From Pocillopora damicornis (Eukaryota), in the NCBI RefSeq assembly GCF_003704095.1, contig NW_020844656.1:248001-312000 (forward strand): DNA of 64,000 bases. The letters are read 5' to 3'. Position 1 is the first letter of the stretch; each line of letters starts with the position of its first letter. The position numbers and the translations under genes are program-made. Shown piece by piece: positions 37,701 through 52,700 of this stretch. The notes beneath the pieces were generated by a model that did no database searches, had not been told where the DNA came from, and was given only the letters and a program-made list of their open reading frames with translations.

Positions 37701-40700
37701 ACCCTGCGATGGACTAGCATCCCATCCAGGGGGGAGTAGCAATACTCCTAGCCGCTTCATGCTAAGAAAACCGGAGGTAAGCACTGGCCCCATGGGCCAC
37801 TTAGGCCCATATAAAGGCTTACTTTTTTACTTTAGGGGGTAAGGAAATGTTCAACTGTTGCACTCACATCAATTATGTTTAGTTTACAGCAAAGGTTTGT
37901 TACTCTATATAGATTACACGAGACTTAACTAAGTTGCAGGCAAACGTATAATTTCCTCCTCCTTCTTATTTAAATTTTATGTAAGATACACTAGGTGGTG
38001 TACCTGTTGCAATTGTATCAATCGAATTGATTGCATATTGGATTGACTTGGTTATTGTATTAAACGCAAACTGGGCTGGCACAGGCCACGCTGGCCAAAC
38101 ACTTCAATGTTCCAATCAACCTCATATTTGAGAAATACCCTTACTGCGAAGCCATTTAAGATACACGCATATTTGATAGATAACAATCTTTTGAATGATT
38201 ATGCTGCTCGTCAGATCATTTGATAAAGTAAGCCACTCTTTCTTTGGTAGGCTTTGGTTAAACGCACCCCAAGCAGTGGAGGGGATAGTCAGGTAGCTGT
38301 TCCACCGTCACCATTTGCCACAGGAGAAATGGATGAAGGACATGATGATGCTGAAGGTTCCACCTCTAGTAAAGTATCATCCTCGGTTTCTGGAGCAAGC
38401 TTATCTACAGCTGCTGCTACTCCTGGAATAGCATGTTCAAGTGGAACGGGAAATGATGGTGGCCTTGAAGATTCAGCACTTACGTCTAAGTCTGTGGAAG
38501 CCTTGGCAAAGCAGCTTGAGGTTTGATAATTGATCTTAGAGATTAAGTTTTTCATATTTTTGTAATTAAAATTGGTGAGATAGTTTTGGAAGGGTGTGAC
38601 CTATATAATAAGCTCAACTCACATCATGGGCCCAAAATGAACTGAATTGTCGGAAATTTAGAAGCAGCTGCCTTAAAGTCACATTACTGTGGATCAACTT
38701 TAGTGTGTTCCATATGAAATAAAACCTACCTTTACTGCATTTTTTCTTGTAGTAACATTTTATGTTGTGAAGCTAAGCTTTCTTTCCCTATTGCTCGATG
38801 GTCTTCTCTGAAAATACTTTCCCTTTTAACTTAAAAATAATTGTAGGCAACTTGTTTTACCCACAGAAGCACAAGATTGGACTGGTCAGCCAACTGGAGA
38901 ACTCTTCTGTGATAACAACTACCTTAGACCTTCTTCAGTGGCTGATGGGGCCTGATGCGGGAGGGCCCAGTAGTGTTGGAATGGGAGTGTCCAAGGCTAT
39001 AAAGGGTTCTATGAAAGAACTGCACTTGACGGACAAGAGCGTGGAGAATACTGATCAACTTCTGGTTAGTTTTTAGTTTAAGAGCTTTTTTCCCAGTATC
39101 TTGAAAATCAGAGCTTATCTAGAGTTTTTTTTAATGGTACACTGAAGTTGGTGTCCTAAGTCATCTTCTTACCCCTTTTACCATTTTCTTTTATACGTAC
39201 ATGTACCACTTTGATGGTTGTCCACCTCAGCAGAAGTTAAATTCGTGGTTTTATTTCTAACCAATGCTAAAACATATGTACTCAAAATAAATGGATTTAC
39301 AAAATTGTGATGGAAGTATGGAATTCATGTTATTTTCTGTCGCGATTTTCTTCAATCACTTGATGCATTTCACAAAATTAACCTTGTAGATAATCAAGTA
39401 TTTGTTCGCATAAGTAGTTGGTGTTTGTCACTTTTATCAGTTTCTTGTTCCGTAAAAAATTCAGGTTCCAACTTTGGGATCTCAAGAAGGAGCTTTTGAG
39501 AATGTAAGGATGACATTCAGTGGAGAACAAGGACAAACCATCCGACAGCTGATCGGTGCACATGTCCTGAGGCGTGTTGCCATGTGTTGCTTGGCATCGC
39601 CAAAAGGGAGAAGGCAACATCTGGCCGTTAGCCATGAAAAGGGCAAGGTAGTTCTCTGACAATTAGTTATTTCTTTGCACATGCACCTGTATTGGCGCTT
39701 TTTGATTGAATTTTGTAAAATCAGAACACAAATTATTTCAATAGCCATTCAGAGCAAACGTTTGTATTATAAGGAGTCAATGAGAAATCAGAGTAAGCTA
39801 TCTTTATCTACCTAAATGTGTGAAAGTGTTGATTACACTTACAAGTACTCACAAGTCATATCCTGTTTATGTTCAGTAAACCAGCCACCTGAAAACAATT
39901 TTTGCGCAAATTAAATAGGTAAACAATCTTCCTTTCAACCCTTTTGATCACATTTTCTCAACTGATGTGATGCACTGTGCTGTTGCTCATTTCAATATTA
40001 TACAAATGTAAAGTACTTTCATGTTTTTGGTACTAAATAATTTTTTGGTTATTTTTGTTTCTTAGATTACAGTTCTTCAATTATCAGCTCTCTTAAAGCA
40101 AGCTGATTCCAGCAAGAGAAAACTAACCTTGACACGCCTTGCAACAGCTCAGGTACCCTTTACAGTTTTATCTATCTCAGGGAACCCCTGCAATGAGGAC
40201 TTTCTGGCAGTGTGTGGACTGAAGGATTGCCATGTGCTGACATTCAGCAGTTCTGGATCTGTGGTGGATCACCTTGCTCTTCATCCTCAACTGGAGACTG
40301 GAAATTTTATCATCAAAGCTGTTTGGCTTCCCGGGTCACAAACACAACTAGCTCTTGTCACTGCCGACTTTGTTAAGGTAATATTTAATTCATCATCATC
40401 ACCATCTCAATAAGGTTTGTAAAAGCCGGTTAGGCAACACACCAACCTCTTACAAAATGAAAAATTAAATATTACAAGCTACATTAAGTACAACCCAGAA
40501 TAAAACGTTAACTATACAAATTGGCACGTTCTTATTAAGCTAATGAACCAAGGTAATTCTTAAATTCGGCAAGAGACGTAATATCAGGCATAATTTAACG
40601 CAAACACAAGTTTGAATTTCAACGCAACAAGACAGACAAGTTGACTTTCACGATTATGTCTGTCTTGTTGTGTTAAAATTCAAACGTGTTTGTGTTAAAC

Positions 40701-43700
40701 TATACTAAACAAAGTTTAAGCATGTTGGGCTCTTACCGCTTAAAGGTTTGGTTCAAGCCCTGGCAAGGGTCTTTCTAGCACTCTTAACTCTGTAAACTGG
40801 CACTGTGTCTCTTTGTTCTTTTTCTGTAGATTTATGATCTGTCTCAAGATGCGCTGAGTCCTCTGTACTACTTCCTGCTACCAAGTGGAAAGATCAGAGA
40901 TATCAGCTTCATTTTTAATGACACCGATCGAAGTTTGATACTAATGTCATCAGGAGGACAGTTATATCTTCAGCCTATGGATGAAACCAGCAGTGCAATC
41001 AATGGCCCTTTTTATCTGACGAATACATTACCCATTGAACATTCTGATTTACAAGATTCCAATGGCCAAGTTGCCGGCGGAGGAGTGTCAGTGTATTACT
41101 CTCACATCTTACAGCTGCTGTTCTTTAGTTACAGTCAAGGTAATGGCTGTGTGCACTGCGTGAATGAAATAGCAGCTGTATCTATTATACACCGTAAACG
41201 TATTTTTCTCTCCAAGGGGGGTTGGGGGCGGTGAGTCTGTATAGTAGAGGTGTATTTGATTTCATTCAGTCATTAAGACTCGTAGAGAAAAGTATAATGT
41301 ATTGATATGAACTGTAATAGTTCCACTTTTAAGTTTTCGAACCATCAAAGCGATAAAACAAATAAACCAAAATCTAAACAGGGAAAAAGGAAAACAGCAG
41401 CGGTAGCATAAATTCCTAAGAAATTTTTAGAAGCGTCATAATGTCCACGAGTTAAACATACTTATAGCTACACAAAATCAATTGCAGCTTAGGGGCTTCT
41501 CTTTCTGTTTTGTCTGGTTCTAAACTTTCAGTATGAAAGCATAAACACACTAGAGGTTTATCCGTGACATGTTTTACCTTCCCGGTATCAATGTTCAGTG
41601 TGCACCCTTGCATAAGAAGTTGTGTTGTGGCTGAATGGTACATTTATCACTTTTTACAGGGAAAACGTTTGTTGCTCCTTGGAGCAAAGACCAAAAGGAA
41701 ATTAAGAAGATGTTTCCAGTGAACTTCAAGAGCAGTTCAGGTGGAAATAAAAACTCTCAGTATGCTGCTCTGTGTCAGTGGAGCGAAGTGCCACAGCATC
41801 CTGGACTGGTGTGTTGTCTGACTCACACAGCTGGTGTTCCTGTGGTGTTGATGGTCAAACCACATCAAATATTGGTAAAGGGAACTTTTAAAATAACGTT
41901 AAACAACTAAACCATATTCACAAGGGAATTAAGCTGTATTCAGGGATGTCAATTAATGATGATATAGTTGTAAATTTGTAAGTGAAAGTGTGTAGATTGC
42001 TTCCAGTATTAACCATGCAAGTGTAAATGGTACTTACTGTCGTAAACATTTTGGGCATCAAAAATGATACTTGATTGGTTCAAAGTCTTGAAAAGCAGTT
42101 TCCGAGGCTTCAGATGTATCATTATTCAATCTGTGCATTGTGCATGTGTGATATCTGTTGGTAGCAACCTTTCCTAACAATCTACAGTAACGTTTTCACA
42201 AAGGAGATCTAAAGCTTTGAAATGGCTCACTGTTCACCAGATCCAGGAGATTAAAGCAACATCATCTAAAGCAAAAACTCAAGACATGGTAGCTATCCGC
42301 CATTCTGTGAGCACGTCTGATCAGCTACGCACCACCATGATTCTCCTTTGCGAAGATGGCAGCCTTCGTGTATTCATGGCCAGTGCTGAGCATACTGGCT
42401 ATTGGATGGCTCCTGAATTCCAACCTGTGAGGTCAGTGGTCGGTATTTATATAAAAAATTCTGAGTATAGAGAAATACGCTTTTTTCGTCTCGTCACAAG
42501 CGCGGAATAAAGAAAAAAGCTTCTGAATCCTCTCAAGCAATCGAGCCCCAGCCCTTCCAATACCGCGCTTTGGTGCTCTACCACTGAGACTCTGTGGACT
42601 TCCTTGACCGTTAGCGAGCTTACTTTACGGTCACTTGACGTATTTAACCGTCACTGGACTTTCTTGAGCTCCATTACGATTGCTTCACCGTCGCCGAAGT
42701 CATTTAACCGTCCCTGGACCAAAACGCATTTAAACGCGCAAAGCCTCTTAGTAAAAAGTCATATAAATCAATTGGAAGATTTTGAAGTAAACCGCTACGA
42801 GATCAATCTTTTGTACTCTTCTCTATCAGTTTAATTACAAATTTGAGTCAATTTTTATTAAAAAGGAAGATAATTATTACGATGACTACGATAATTTATT
42901 TTACCGTTTTTTCTTCTGCTCCTGTATAGGCCCCTCAACATAGTGAAGCCTGTTCGCAAGAAGAAAACATCCAAAGCCAGAGTTAAATCCACAGCTGTCA
43001 GTTTCCCAGTGGATTTCTTTGAGCACTGTCAACCATTTTTCAATGAAGTTGAGTTTGGCGGAGGAGATATTCTTCAAGTTTATAACGTGCAGCAAGTAAA
43101 ACACAGACTAATGACTGCTGGAATGTATATCGCAAGTACAAAGGTTTGAACATACTTTGCTTGTTACAACATGAAATATAGGCGTTAGGTTACACTTCTT
43201 TTATGCGCTGATCGAGTTGTTGGATAACACAGAAAATTGAAGTTAAACTTGGGCGAGGACTTACATGTATGAAAAGGACCTTTAATCCTTTACACGCTAA
43301 CATCAACATGCATGCTGTTCCCAGTATATTTCCTAAGCTGCTGACAAGGAAAATTTGTTTAACAATCAAGAGTTTCATTAGTTGGTGATTGAGGGGTGAC
43401 ATTGTAAGGAGAGATAAGATGCTAGTCACTCCAGGGGTTAGAAGACTAAAGTTATCATTTTGCAACGTTTTATGTCAGAAAAACTGACATCATGTTAGTC
43501 CTTTGTTAAGAGCGAAAAAATGGAGTCTGTTCTTGGCTCTTGGTCAGTGGAGATGAGTACACAAGTGTTTGGAACAAAACTAGGAGTTGTCTGGGGAATG
43601 GCAGTAAAAGTTTGTTGACACACTAGCTTTTTTTCACTCGTCACTTATTTCTATCGTCTTTGATGATCAAAAGTCTGGTATGGGAAGTGTTAATACCAGT

Positions 43701-46700
43701 TTCTTCACTGCTTTGAATGTGTGGGTGTGTTACCATCGTGTTAAACTGGTCTAAATGTATTCAATTTTTTACTTTACAGCCAAATGGTTTCAATATTGAG
43801 ATAACTAACACAAACCCTCGTGTTATAATGGTTGGTGTGAGAATTCAAATTGGCTGTCAGTCAGTGGAGAAAGCGCCATCCTTTGTAGAAATCTTTGGCA
43901 GAGTTATTCAGTTGACACTAACGAGAAATAGATGGTTTGATCTTCCATTTACAAGAGAGGAATCATTGACTGCTGATAAAAAGTTTTCTTTGTTCAGTAA
44001 GTAAATATTGATTCTTATTTGTTTTTATCTTCCACCACGTTTCCCGCAAAATTGTTGTGCCCTTGCTGTTTCTCTTGCTTTCCGGGGATTTTATTGAAAA
44101 ATGTATGTGAAAAACGAGATAATTTTGTTTTATCAACTGGATTGATGATGTAAATTGTAAAAGAGTTTCTAAAGCTGACTTTTCGAGCGTTAGTCCTTCG
44201 TCATTTGCTCTGAAATAGTCTTTTTAAGGACCTTAGATTTGCCCTTGTCTTTGAAAACACATGTAGCCTGCGCTTGCTCAATCATACAGGTCCAGATTTG
44301 TCTCCATGAATAAGAGTTTACGCACAGACAGTTGTACAAAATCTGGAACATATACATGTAATTATAAACTCTGTGAACAGTTCATATCAGGTTATCGGTT
44401 ATTATACTAACTGAATGCTTGGCACAGTTTAGGGGAGCTTCACACTTATTATCTTGTATTTGCCTCTTTAGTTGGCCAGTCTTTAGACCCATCAGGAGTG
44501 ACCATGTTGGACTCAGTGAAGGTGTATACCAAAACAAAAGAGGCGTTTGGTTGGCCTGATGATCCTCAGGAGGAGATTTCTTCTACGCCTGGTCTGGGCA
44601 GTGCAGCTAGTGTGGATACTGAAACGGAAATAGTAAACTCAGTTCCTCCAATGACACCCTCTGACAAGTAAGGGAACTACTGTTATAATTACCCTTTTGG
44701 GTAGCTTATCAATGGGGCTACTTTTTTCACTTTTGATTGTTATACTGAAGTGTGTCCTTGCTTTCAACCCGGGTCATGTTTGAGACATGTATAGGGCATA
44801 ATGGTTACAGGGGTTTGGCTGTATGATGACCTCAACATTGTACCTCATACTGGACACTGTGCGTCTTGGTTTTTTTTTAATTTTTTTTTAATTTTTTTAA
44901 TTTTTTTTAAACAAAAATGAAGGTCACCATTGTGGTATTTATTAGTAAATGTGAGTGTAACTGCAGGCTCAGGAGTGACTGTCACTGTGTGGTTTATTCC
45001 TGTCAGATATTTAAGTTTCCATTGTAGAACTAGACAACTTGTTTGTTTCAGACTGGTGGTGCACTTACTGGAGGTGGTCGATGGCTGCTTCTCCAGCTTT
45101 GTGTCTCAGGATGGGTCCTCAAGGCAGTCGGCACTTGATGCTGCTACCTCACTCATGACCAGTGCTATGCCATCCAGTGTCCAACATCAAGCCCAGACTC
45201 TCCTCGCCACTTTACATCCGTCCAAAGTTTCTTATCACAGCCACAAGGTACAGTTTCAAAGTATTCTCCGTTTTCAGCGAGTTTACACGGGTACAGGCCA
45301 GATAAAGCAACCAACGTAAAGCAGCTTTCTTACGACTCTACCTGTGATTTCTTTCGATTTCTCTTCAAAACCTTTTTTCCAAAATTTGAGTTGCCAAATT
45401 TGATAGTAGCTTATCTACGAGTGTGGTTTACACGCCAGTGTTTACAGTAGATCTTGTTGCTCTGCATTGCAAAGAAGAGTGCTTGTCTCCACGAACTGCA
45501 TATGAAATGACACCCATTACCGTAATAGTGATCCCTTACTGGTGATTCCCCTTACGGTTTCTTTGATGGATAATAGTCTTGTAAATTTCCAAATGATGTC
45601 CCCGAGCTGATTACTGTCCAACATTTTCTTCATTTGTTTGCCCAGGGGCGGTTCTAAGAATAAACATATGTAATGTGGATACCCGGTATAAAAAATAGTA
45701 GTGTTCTTGGATGAAACGTATAGTTCTTGCTTTGTGGCGTTCATTTTGCAGAGCTGATAAGCATGAAGAAGACAACTGTAGATAAGATTTTAGGAGTGTG
45801 CGGAATAAAACCCAAAATGACTTATGATGTAAAATCAAATTTTTGTGTTGAACAAGGGAATAAATAGAAGGTTTTTAACGGGGCAGTCATTCCAAGGCAT
45901 TCAGGGCTATTTTCAAGCTTTCTTCTATTTGTAATGGTTAGAGATGAACATTTTGTAACATGTATCTAGATTGCTGGTTAAATAGCGTTTGTTTACTTCA
46001 GGATCAGGCACAGCTTTCACAAGTAGTAAACTTCCTCTGTAAGCTTGAAAGTCCTTGTGATGAAGAAGAAACAAAGGAAGAAGAGAAAGATACAGAAGTT
46101 GAAAAGACACCTGAGACAGAAAATAAAGAAGAAACCGAAGAGATTGTGGTGAATGTCAGTGAATTGGATGTAGAGAGTTTCCAGCATCTGGTGGTGAGTG
46201 CTAGATCTGTGGCCATTACAAGACCTAGTAATCTGGCAAAGTATACCGTCCTGCCTGAACAAAAGACAAGAGATGGTAAGTTAACGAACGGATCAGTAAC
46301 GACAGTGTGGGCTCGATACATTTATCGCTATTTAATACGATTATTCTTACTATAAAATTCTACTGTTTTCAATTATGACAGTGCATGCTTTGTTTGGAAC
46401 TTGTTGTTTAGTCACACTGTGTTCACCTCTTTTCAGTTTAACGAACTCAACGCAATTCATTTTTTTCGTGGCTGGGTTACGGGTTGGGTTGGCCAGTCGG
46501 GTGTTCTAACGCCTCGGGGTGCGACTGCGGTTGCACCCACCTAGGCCCCTCGGGCACCTAACCTCATTTGCGACTTGGGCGTTAATAAGACTGACAAAAT
46601 TCCCATTTGGCAGATCTTATCGTCGTTGGTGTAAGTCTTATTTGTGAACATAAACGATTGGTTGACGAATTGGTGTAGGACGTTTTAAGCAGTCTGCAGG

Positions 46701-49700
46701 AAATATGTCACCATGAACCAAGAGTCTCCTACAGCTTAGCGCTAGAGCATCCAAAGCACTAATCGGAAGGTTGAAGGTTCGACTCCTTCTTGGAGCAACA
46801 TAACCTTTCACAGAAATGAAATTGAATGCGATAATAGCGTTGTCGATTAAAATTTATTGTTTTCTCTTGCCAGAGAGTGATGAGAAGCACCATTTCGCTG
46901 TATGTCTAATGAATGCCTTTTGGAAGCTGCACAGTTGTCAACCTGTAAACCTTGTTCTGTCGCCATTGTCTTCTATTGGTAAGGTTACAAAAAGAGAATG
47001 TACAATTTGCAAGGGCTCAAATTTTAAAGCACGTGCATTGCACGTGCGCAGGTGCTGTCTTCACAAGTTTGGAAAAAAATCATATCAGTCTTTTTTAAAA
47101 GAATTTTGTTTTGCAGAATAGTGATAAAAGGTTGTTTTAATTTCAGGATTCCAAAATGTGGAGTCGACGGTGACAGCTCTTGTTGACATCGTCCATGCCT
47201 TTGCAATAGCAGATCCCTCCAAAGTTGGGCTTGCCGTCAAACAGTACGTGAAAATGCTGCTGTGCGAGGTATGTATGATGAAAATGTGCGCACAGTTTGT
47301 AATTCAAGTTTGAAGTTATTTTTTTATTTCATCTTCTCTGAACTGCTTGATTTGTTTCCTCTTGGAGGCTTTGGCTCATGCTCAATATTTAGAGTTTTTG
47401 TTACTCGTTTACGTTCTTTCGTACTATCACATATCAAATAATTCCGTGAGTTATTCCTCTCTTCATTTGTAATCGAGGAAACCATTTTTTTAATTATTTA
47501 CTGTGGTATCCTATCACATGGTTCTTATAATTCCATTGTTTTATTATGTGTCTTCATATTTTTTTTTTCTGTCAATAGTATTGGGGACGAAGGTGCCCAA
47601 CAACTTTCGCGCTAAATTTTGAGTCGCTTTTTATGCTATGCAAAACTACTACAAATTATTTGTCTGGCACAATCACCAAAAGACGGAAAAGGTGACTACA
47701 AAACAAGAGCGAGCAAGGATGCTTGATGACTAGAAGATAAAATTAAAGATAAAAAGATGAAAACTCCAACTGCTTATGACCAACATGAAATTTAGGCTGA
47801 ATTTTTTAGATGCATTAGCCTTGTTGTAACTCCTTTAAATGAACACTAGCACCATAATTTCTTATTTGTCATCTCTTTAGGACCAATCTGTCAGCTTTGC
47901 CTGCAAACAGGCATTGATGCGACTCATACACAAACACCGGCATGGGACGGGTAACTCCCCTCTTCAGTGCAACACACCCGTAGGGGAAGGAGCTGGAGGA
48001 GATGAATTTGATGGGGAAGATGATGAAGCAGACCAAGATAGAGCCGATGGAACCCCTCCAGACGAACCAAGTGGAACTGAAGCGGATGAAACTGAGACAG
48101 GGAGGCAGCAAGCTGCGGAGGCCCATGAGGTATAGTGCTCCTTTTAGATATTATTTGGTGGTTTTTGTTGGTGTTTATTCTTTTAATCGAATTTGTGATT
48201 TAGAAGTTTTGTATACTAATTCTTGTGACTTCCGGAGAGTCACAGGATAGCGTCTCGTAACGATGGCTAGGTAGATTAGCACATTATGACACAATACAGT
48301 AATCTATACTGAAATCAACTAATAATTAAAACAAACAATAAACTAACTTGAGCGTAAAACAATAAAAGTAACTTACTTTGGTCGAGCTCCTTAAGTGCTT
48401 GAAAAGTGTAGCGAAGACGACAAAGTAGTGAACTCTCGGTAGCGGAGCGCACGATACTTTTACAGCAATAGAAGTCTATCATCGGCGTGTAATATGAGTG
48501 AATTGTGAACTAAATTACATAACAACTAGCAATGATACAGCAACAAAAAACTTGACGTAATCAAACACTGACTTAACACAAGCAATCAGGCGGCTAATCA
48601 ATAATCTCAGGCACAAAGGAAATAAACTGCGTTCCAAAAGTAACAATTCCCGTCACCAGACACACATCCTTTACTTTGCAATGTGATTAAGACTTAACCC
48701 ACGGCCGGGAGGTCTCCAGGTAGTTTTCTAAGCCTTGCTTGTAAACAGCCAACGTTACGCCTCCTGCATGTTGAATATTAATGTTTTGGCCTCCCAGCCT
48801 TTTTGTCACGAGCACTGCTGATAGCGAACAGGTCATTAACTCAATTTTATTCTCTGAAAAATAATTTCGCTCTTGTTCTGAAGGTTGCACCAGAAGAGCC
48901 TGCTCAAGAACAAAGCCAGCCATCAGCAGCGGTGCCATCCATAGCAAGTGCCGCCAGTCATCTAGAGGCCTTACTTCTTGGTGCTGGTGGCTTACCAGGC
49001 ATGTTGGATCTGCCTCCAGATGCAGATGACGAAGCCATGGTGGAGCTTGCCATTGCTCTTAGCCTTCAGGACCAAGCGAGTGGACAAGGTCTCAATCTTC
49101 CTGGTTTGCCACTTCCTGCTGCTCAAGCTATCGGAATGCCCGTTGAAGCTGCCATGTCGTCTGATACAGCTTCAGGTAAACGTACCGAGAAATTGTTTGA
49201 TTTGAGCAGTTTGCAAATGGAGTTTTGATATTTTCCTGAACTCATACAAAGTTACCTTCATCTACTTAATATATAAGGAAATTATTGGGCTGCATTGACT
49301 GACAAGGGAAGTACTTATGTGATTATTAACTTGAAGAAATAGTAAGATAAACCAACGCAGCGAATTCTAAAATACTGACATTTCGAAGATTAGCCTTATG
49401 TCTTAGCAAAGTGGAGGGTTCGATAAAGTACGATCGCTTAAACGTCATCGTTTAAAACCACTGTTTATCTGCCTTTTCATTTTTTGGGTGGTTGTTATTT
49501 ACGAGTATCCATATGCCACTCATGATTAGGTCAAGGAAGCGAAGATGAGTATGAAGTTCCTCCTTGTAGTGCCCAGGGCTCTTCAGCAGGGCATAGTGCT
49601 CCAAGGTCACCTCTGCCACCAGACACGGGACATGGTGGGGCTGAGTTTGAAAGTGGAAGCAGTGTGGACTCAGTTTCTGCGGAGACTGGGACAAGCATAG

Positions 49701-52700
49701 AAACTGTCACCGTGGGAAATGAGCAAGCAGGTTAGTATATTATCCTTCAGTTCTGGATGTTGTTGAGTCGAGAGGCGACTTATTTCCTAATGGTCTGTTC
49801 TTTACTTCCGACTAGGCCGGAAGTAAAGGGGATTCCCAGGCGCATTTTGCTTTGTCACTTCTGTGACTTGATCAAGGAAATAGTTATGGAATACAAGTTG
49901 GGAGAGGGGTTGGGGTGATGAGTAGAGAGGGTGTTCACGTGCGGTGGACTGTTATTCCGTCATGGAAGAATAGTTGTTTCTCGCGAAGTAGACAGGAACA
50001 ACCTTGGGCAAAGATTATTCATGAGGCGTGTAACACTTAGTCATTCAAATAGAGAACAGGAACTACATAGACTATGCAAACTATCATTTACGGTCAAGAC
50101 CTATCAAAGAATAAAATTATTTGATTGATTCTGTTGCTCGTCTTTTCAGCTGCTCTGGACAGCCAACCTGGTAGCGGGAGTAATGGAGATGGGGAACAGG
50201 GTCGGGCTCATGCGTCAGGAGACAAAGAATCACAGATGGATCATGAGAAGCTACACTCGCTGAAGCTTCTGCTTTTGGATGAACTGTTGCTTCATCTTCC
50301 TAAGTTGCAAGATGTTGGTGGTGTCCAGGCCATACCCTTCATGCAGGTTTGATGATAGGACATTATTTAAACATGCTCTATTTTTTTCATTCCGGGGCAG
50401 GATAGTTCCAAGAAAATTCACGAAACTACTCGTGGAGAAATTATGGTCGTTAGGACATCAACTATCATGTCACTTCTATAAGCTACACACTTAAAAAACA
50501 ACGAGGTTGAATAATGTAGAGAAGTATAAGTAGGTGTTTTGTGATGACCGAATGCCTTTAAAACCTTAACAATCTGTAGGCGTACAAAGAAAAAAAAGCA
50601 TATGTTTTCGAAAATTACTTTGTCATTAACACGATTACTAGGTTTGCAGGTCATAGCAATCCACCCTGTGCCTCTTCAAACATTTTGAGCGCCAAGAACA
50701 AAAATTGGCACGATCATATTTTGGGTGTGGCTCTGTAATTTAGACAATTCAAACAAGAAAAAACCGATTACGCTGGAACTCATAGATTTCGTCGCCACAC
50801 ATAATAGAAATGTGATATAAACTGTACGCTGCAGGATGAACATCTGATCCAATTTCTTAATTTTAGGTCTTGCTGATGCTGAGTTCTGATTTAGAAGACA
50901 GCGAGAGAGACAGGGCAGCATTGAGTAAAGTGTTGTCGACATGCCTTGAAGAGCTGAAGCTGGATCAGATGGTAACTGTTCGTGACTTTCCTGTTTTATT
51001 ACCGTCCTCTCAACCAATAAAATAAAAAAACTAAAACTAATCGCGATTTAGTCACTCGCGTTCTGCTGCACCTTTAGCTGTTTGGTTGCTTGTTTATACT
51101 TTGCGTCTTCATTGCTTCCATGTGATAGTTTCTTTCCTTTGTTTGTCTGTTTTGATTAATTTGTTTTTTTTTTACGGCTCTCATAAGAAATGTCACAAGA
51201 GATTGCTTGTTTACTGATTATTCTTTACACTATGTTATCTGCTCGGAAATTTATGAAGATGTTTGGGTTGTAACAAAGTAACTGAAGCTAGCTTATAATA
51301 TATATTAGCAAGCTTCATAAGTGAACTAGAGAGAAAATAAGAGTTTGTTCGTTGCAGTTTTTCCCTTGGTATTACCCAGCATAGTTTCAAGCTGGTAATC
51401 ATTCATTTCAGTTTGTAGTCACCATTATGGTCGATCACAGTTGCATACTATGGGTATGAAACTTACAATGGAAACACCATTGTTACATTATTTTAGCAGG
51501 ATGTGAAACACATTTCATCCCGAACCAAACAACACGAGGTCTGGCTGATTATCATGAGGCTGTTGAGTGTACTGATGTCAAGAACAAAGTCCAGTTCAAA
51601 AACTGGTTCTGAGGTAACGAAAATTGTCAATTTTGTTGAAACCTGAGGGCTCGGAAGCGAAATTTTTAGTATCAACTGTGGAAGTAATACAGGATTGCAT
51701 CGGTTTTGCTTTACTTTGCTAAGTGATTGGCCTTTTAAACGTATGTTGTCTCGGTCACTCGCGTTTTCTCTAAAAGCAGAAAGGGGCCATGTACACCTTT
51801 TCCTTTCTAAATTTTCTGAAATAGGAGAGTTTTTTTTACCGAAGCTAGAGGATCTTAACCGACAGCCAAGTGATCCATTTTACATCTGTGCTTAGTTGTT
51901 TAGTACAGTGCTTATTCAACAGCTACGCCAAAAGTGCAACCTTTCAAACGTGTAAAAAAAGAGAATGAGAGTGGAATGAACTGCAAGAATTGTCAGTAGA
52001 AAAGAAGTTTGTTAGAATAACTGCAAATTTGTTTTCAAAACGTGTGTAACTAGACACCAGTAACTCACGACGGATATTTTTCCCCTCAAGGCTTCTTCTC
52101 TGGTGTGTAGACAAACGTCTGCCACATTGTGTGAGGTGGGAATTACAAGTAACTGTCTGAACATTCTGAAGACTCTTTTGGAGCACTGGAGAGAGGTGGC
52201 CAGCCACGAGGAAGTAAGATTCCATTTGGAAAAAAAAACACCAAGATCTTGTCATTGTTGCTTGAACAGCTTATGCGGACGTCCAACTGAAGCGACGAAA
52301 ACGTCAAACAAGAATCTTATATTATTGCAAAATAGTACTCTGATATTAATTGGAAATGCACATGGTACTTTTAGGCAAAGAACAGAAGTATTCGAGTTGA
52401 CCTGAATAATATTAACTCTGCAATCATGCAAATTTCTTCTGTATTCGAGTCTTCCAATTTCGCACTTTATTTGATAAGAGACTTTCCATCTAAGATATAA
52501 CATCATGCTTTCGACTTTGAACGCTTTCAACCGAGTCTCTAAACTTTAAGAAAAAAATTATTTTTGTTTATGTAGGAGGAGCCGTCAGGTATCGGTGGAG
52601 CACTACTGAAGCCTCATCCCACAAGCCCACCGCCGGACATGTCACCATTCTTCTTGAGACAGTATGTCAAGGTGCGTTCTGTTAATAAGAAGATCGTTTT

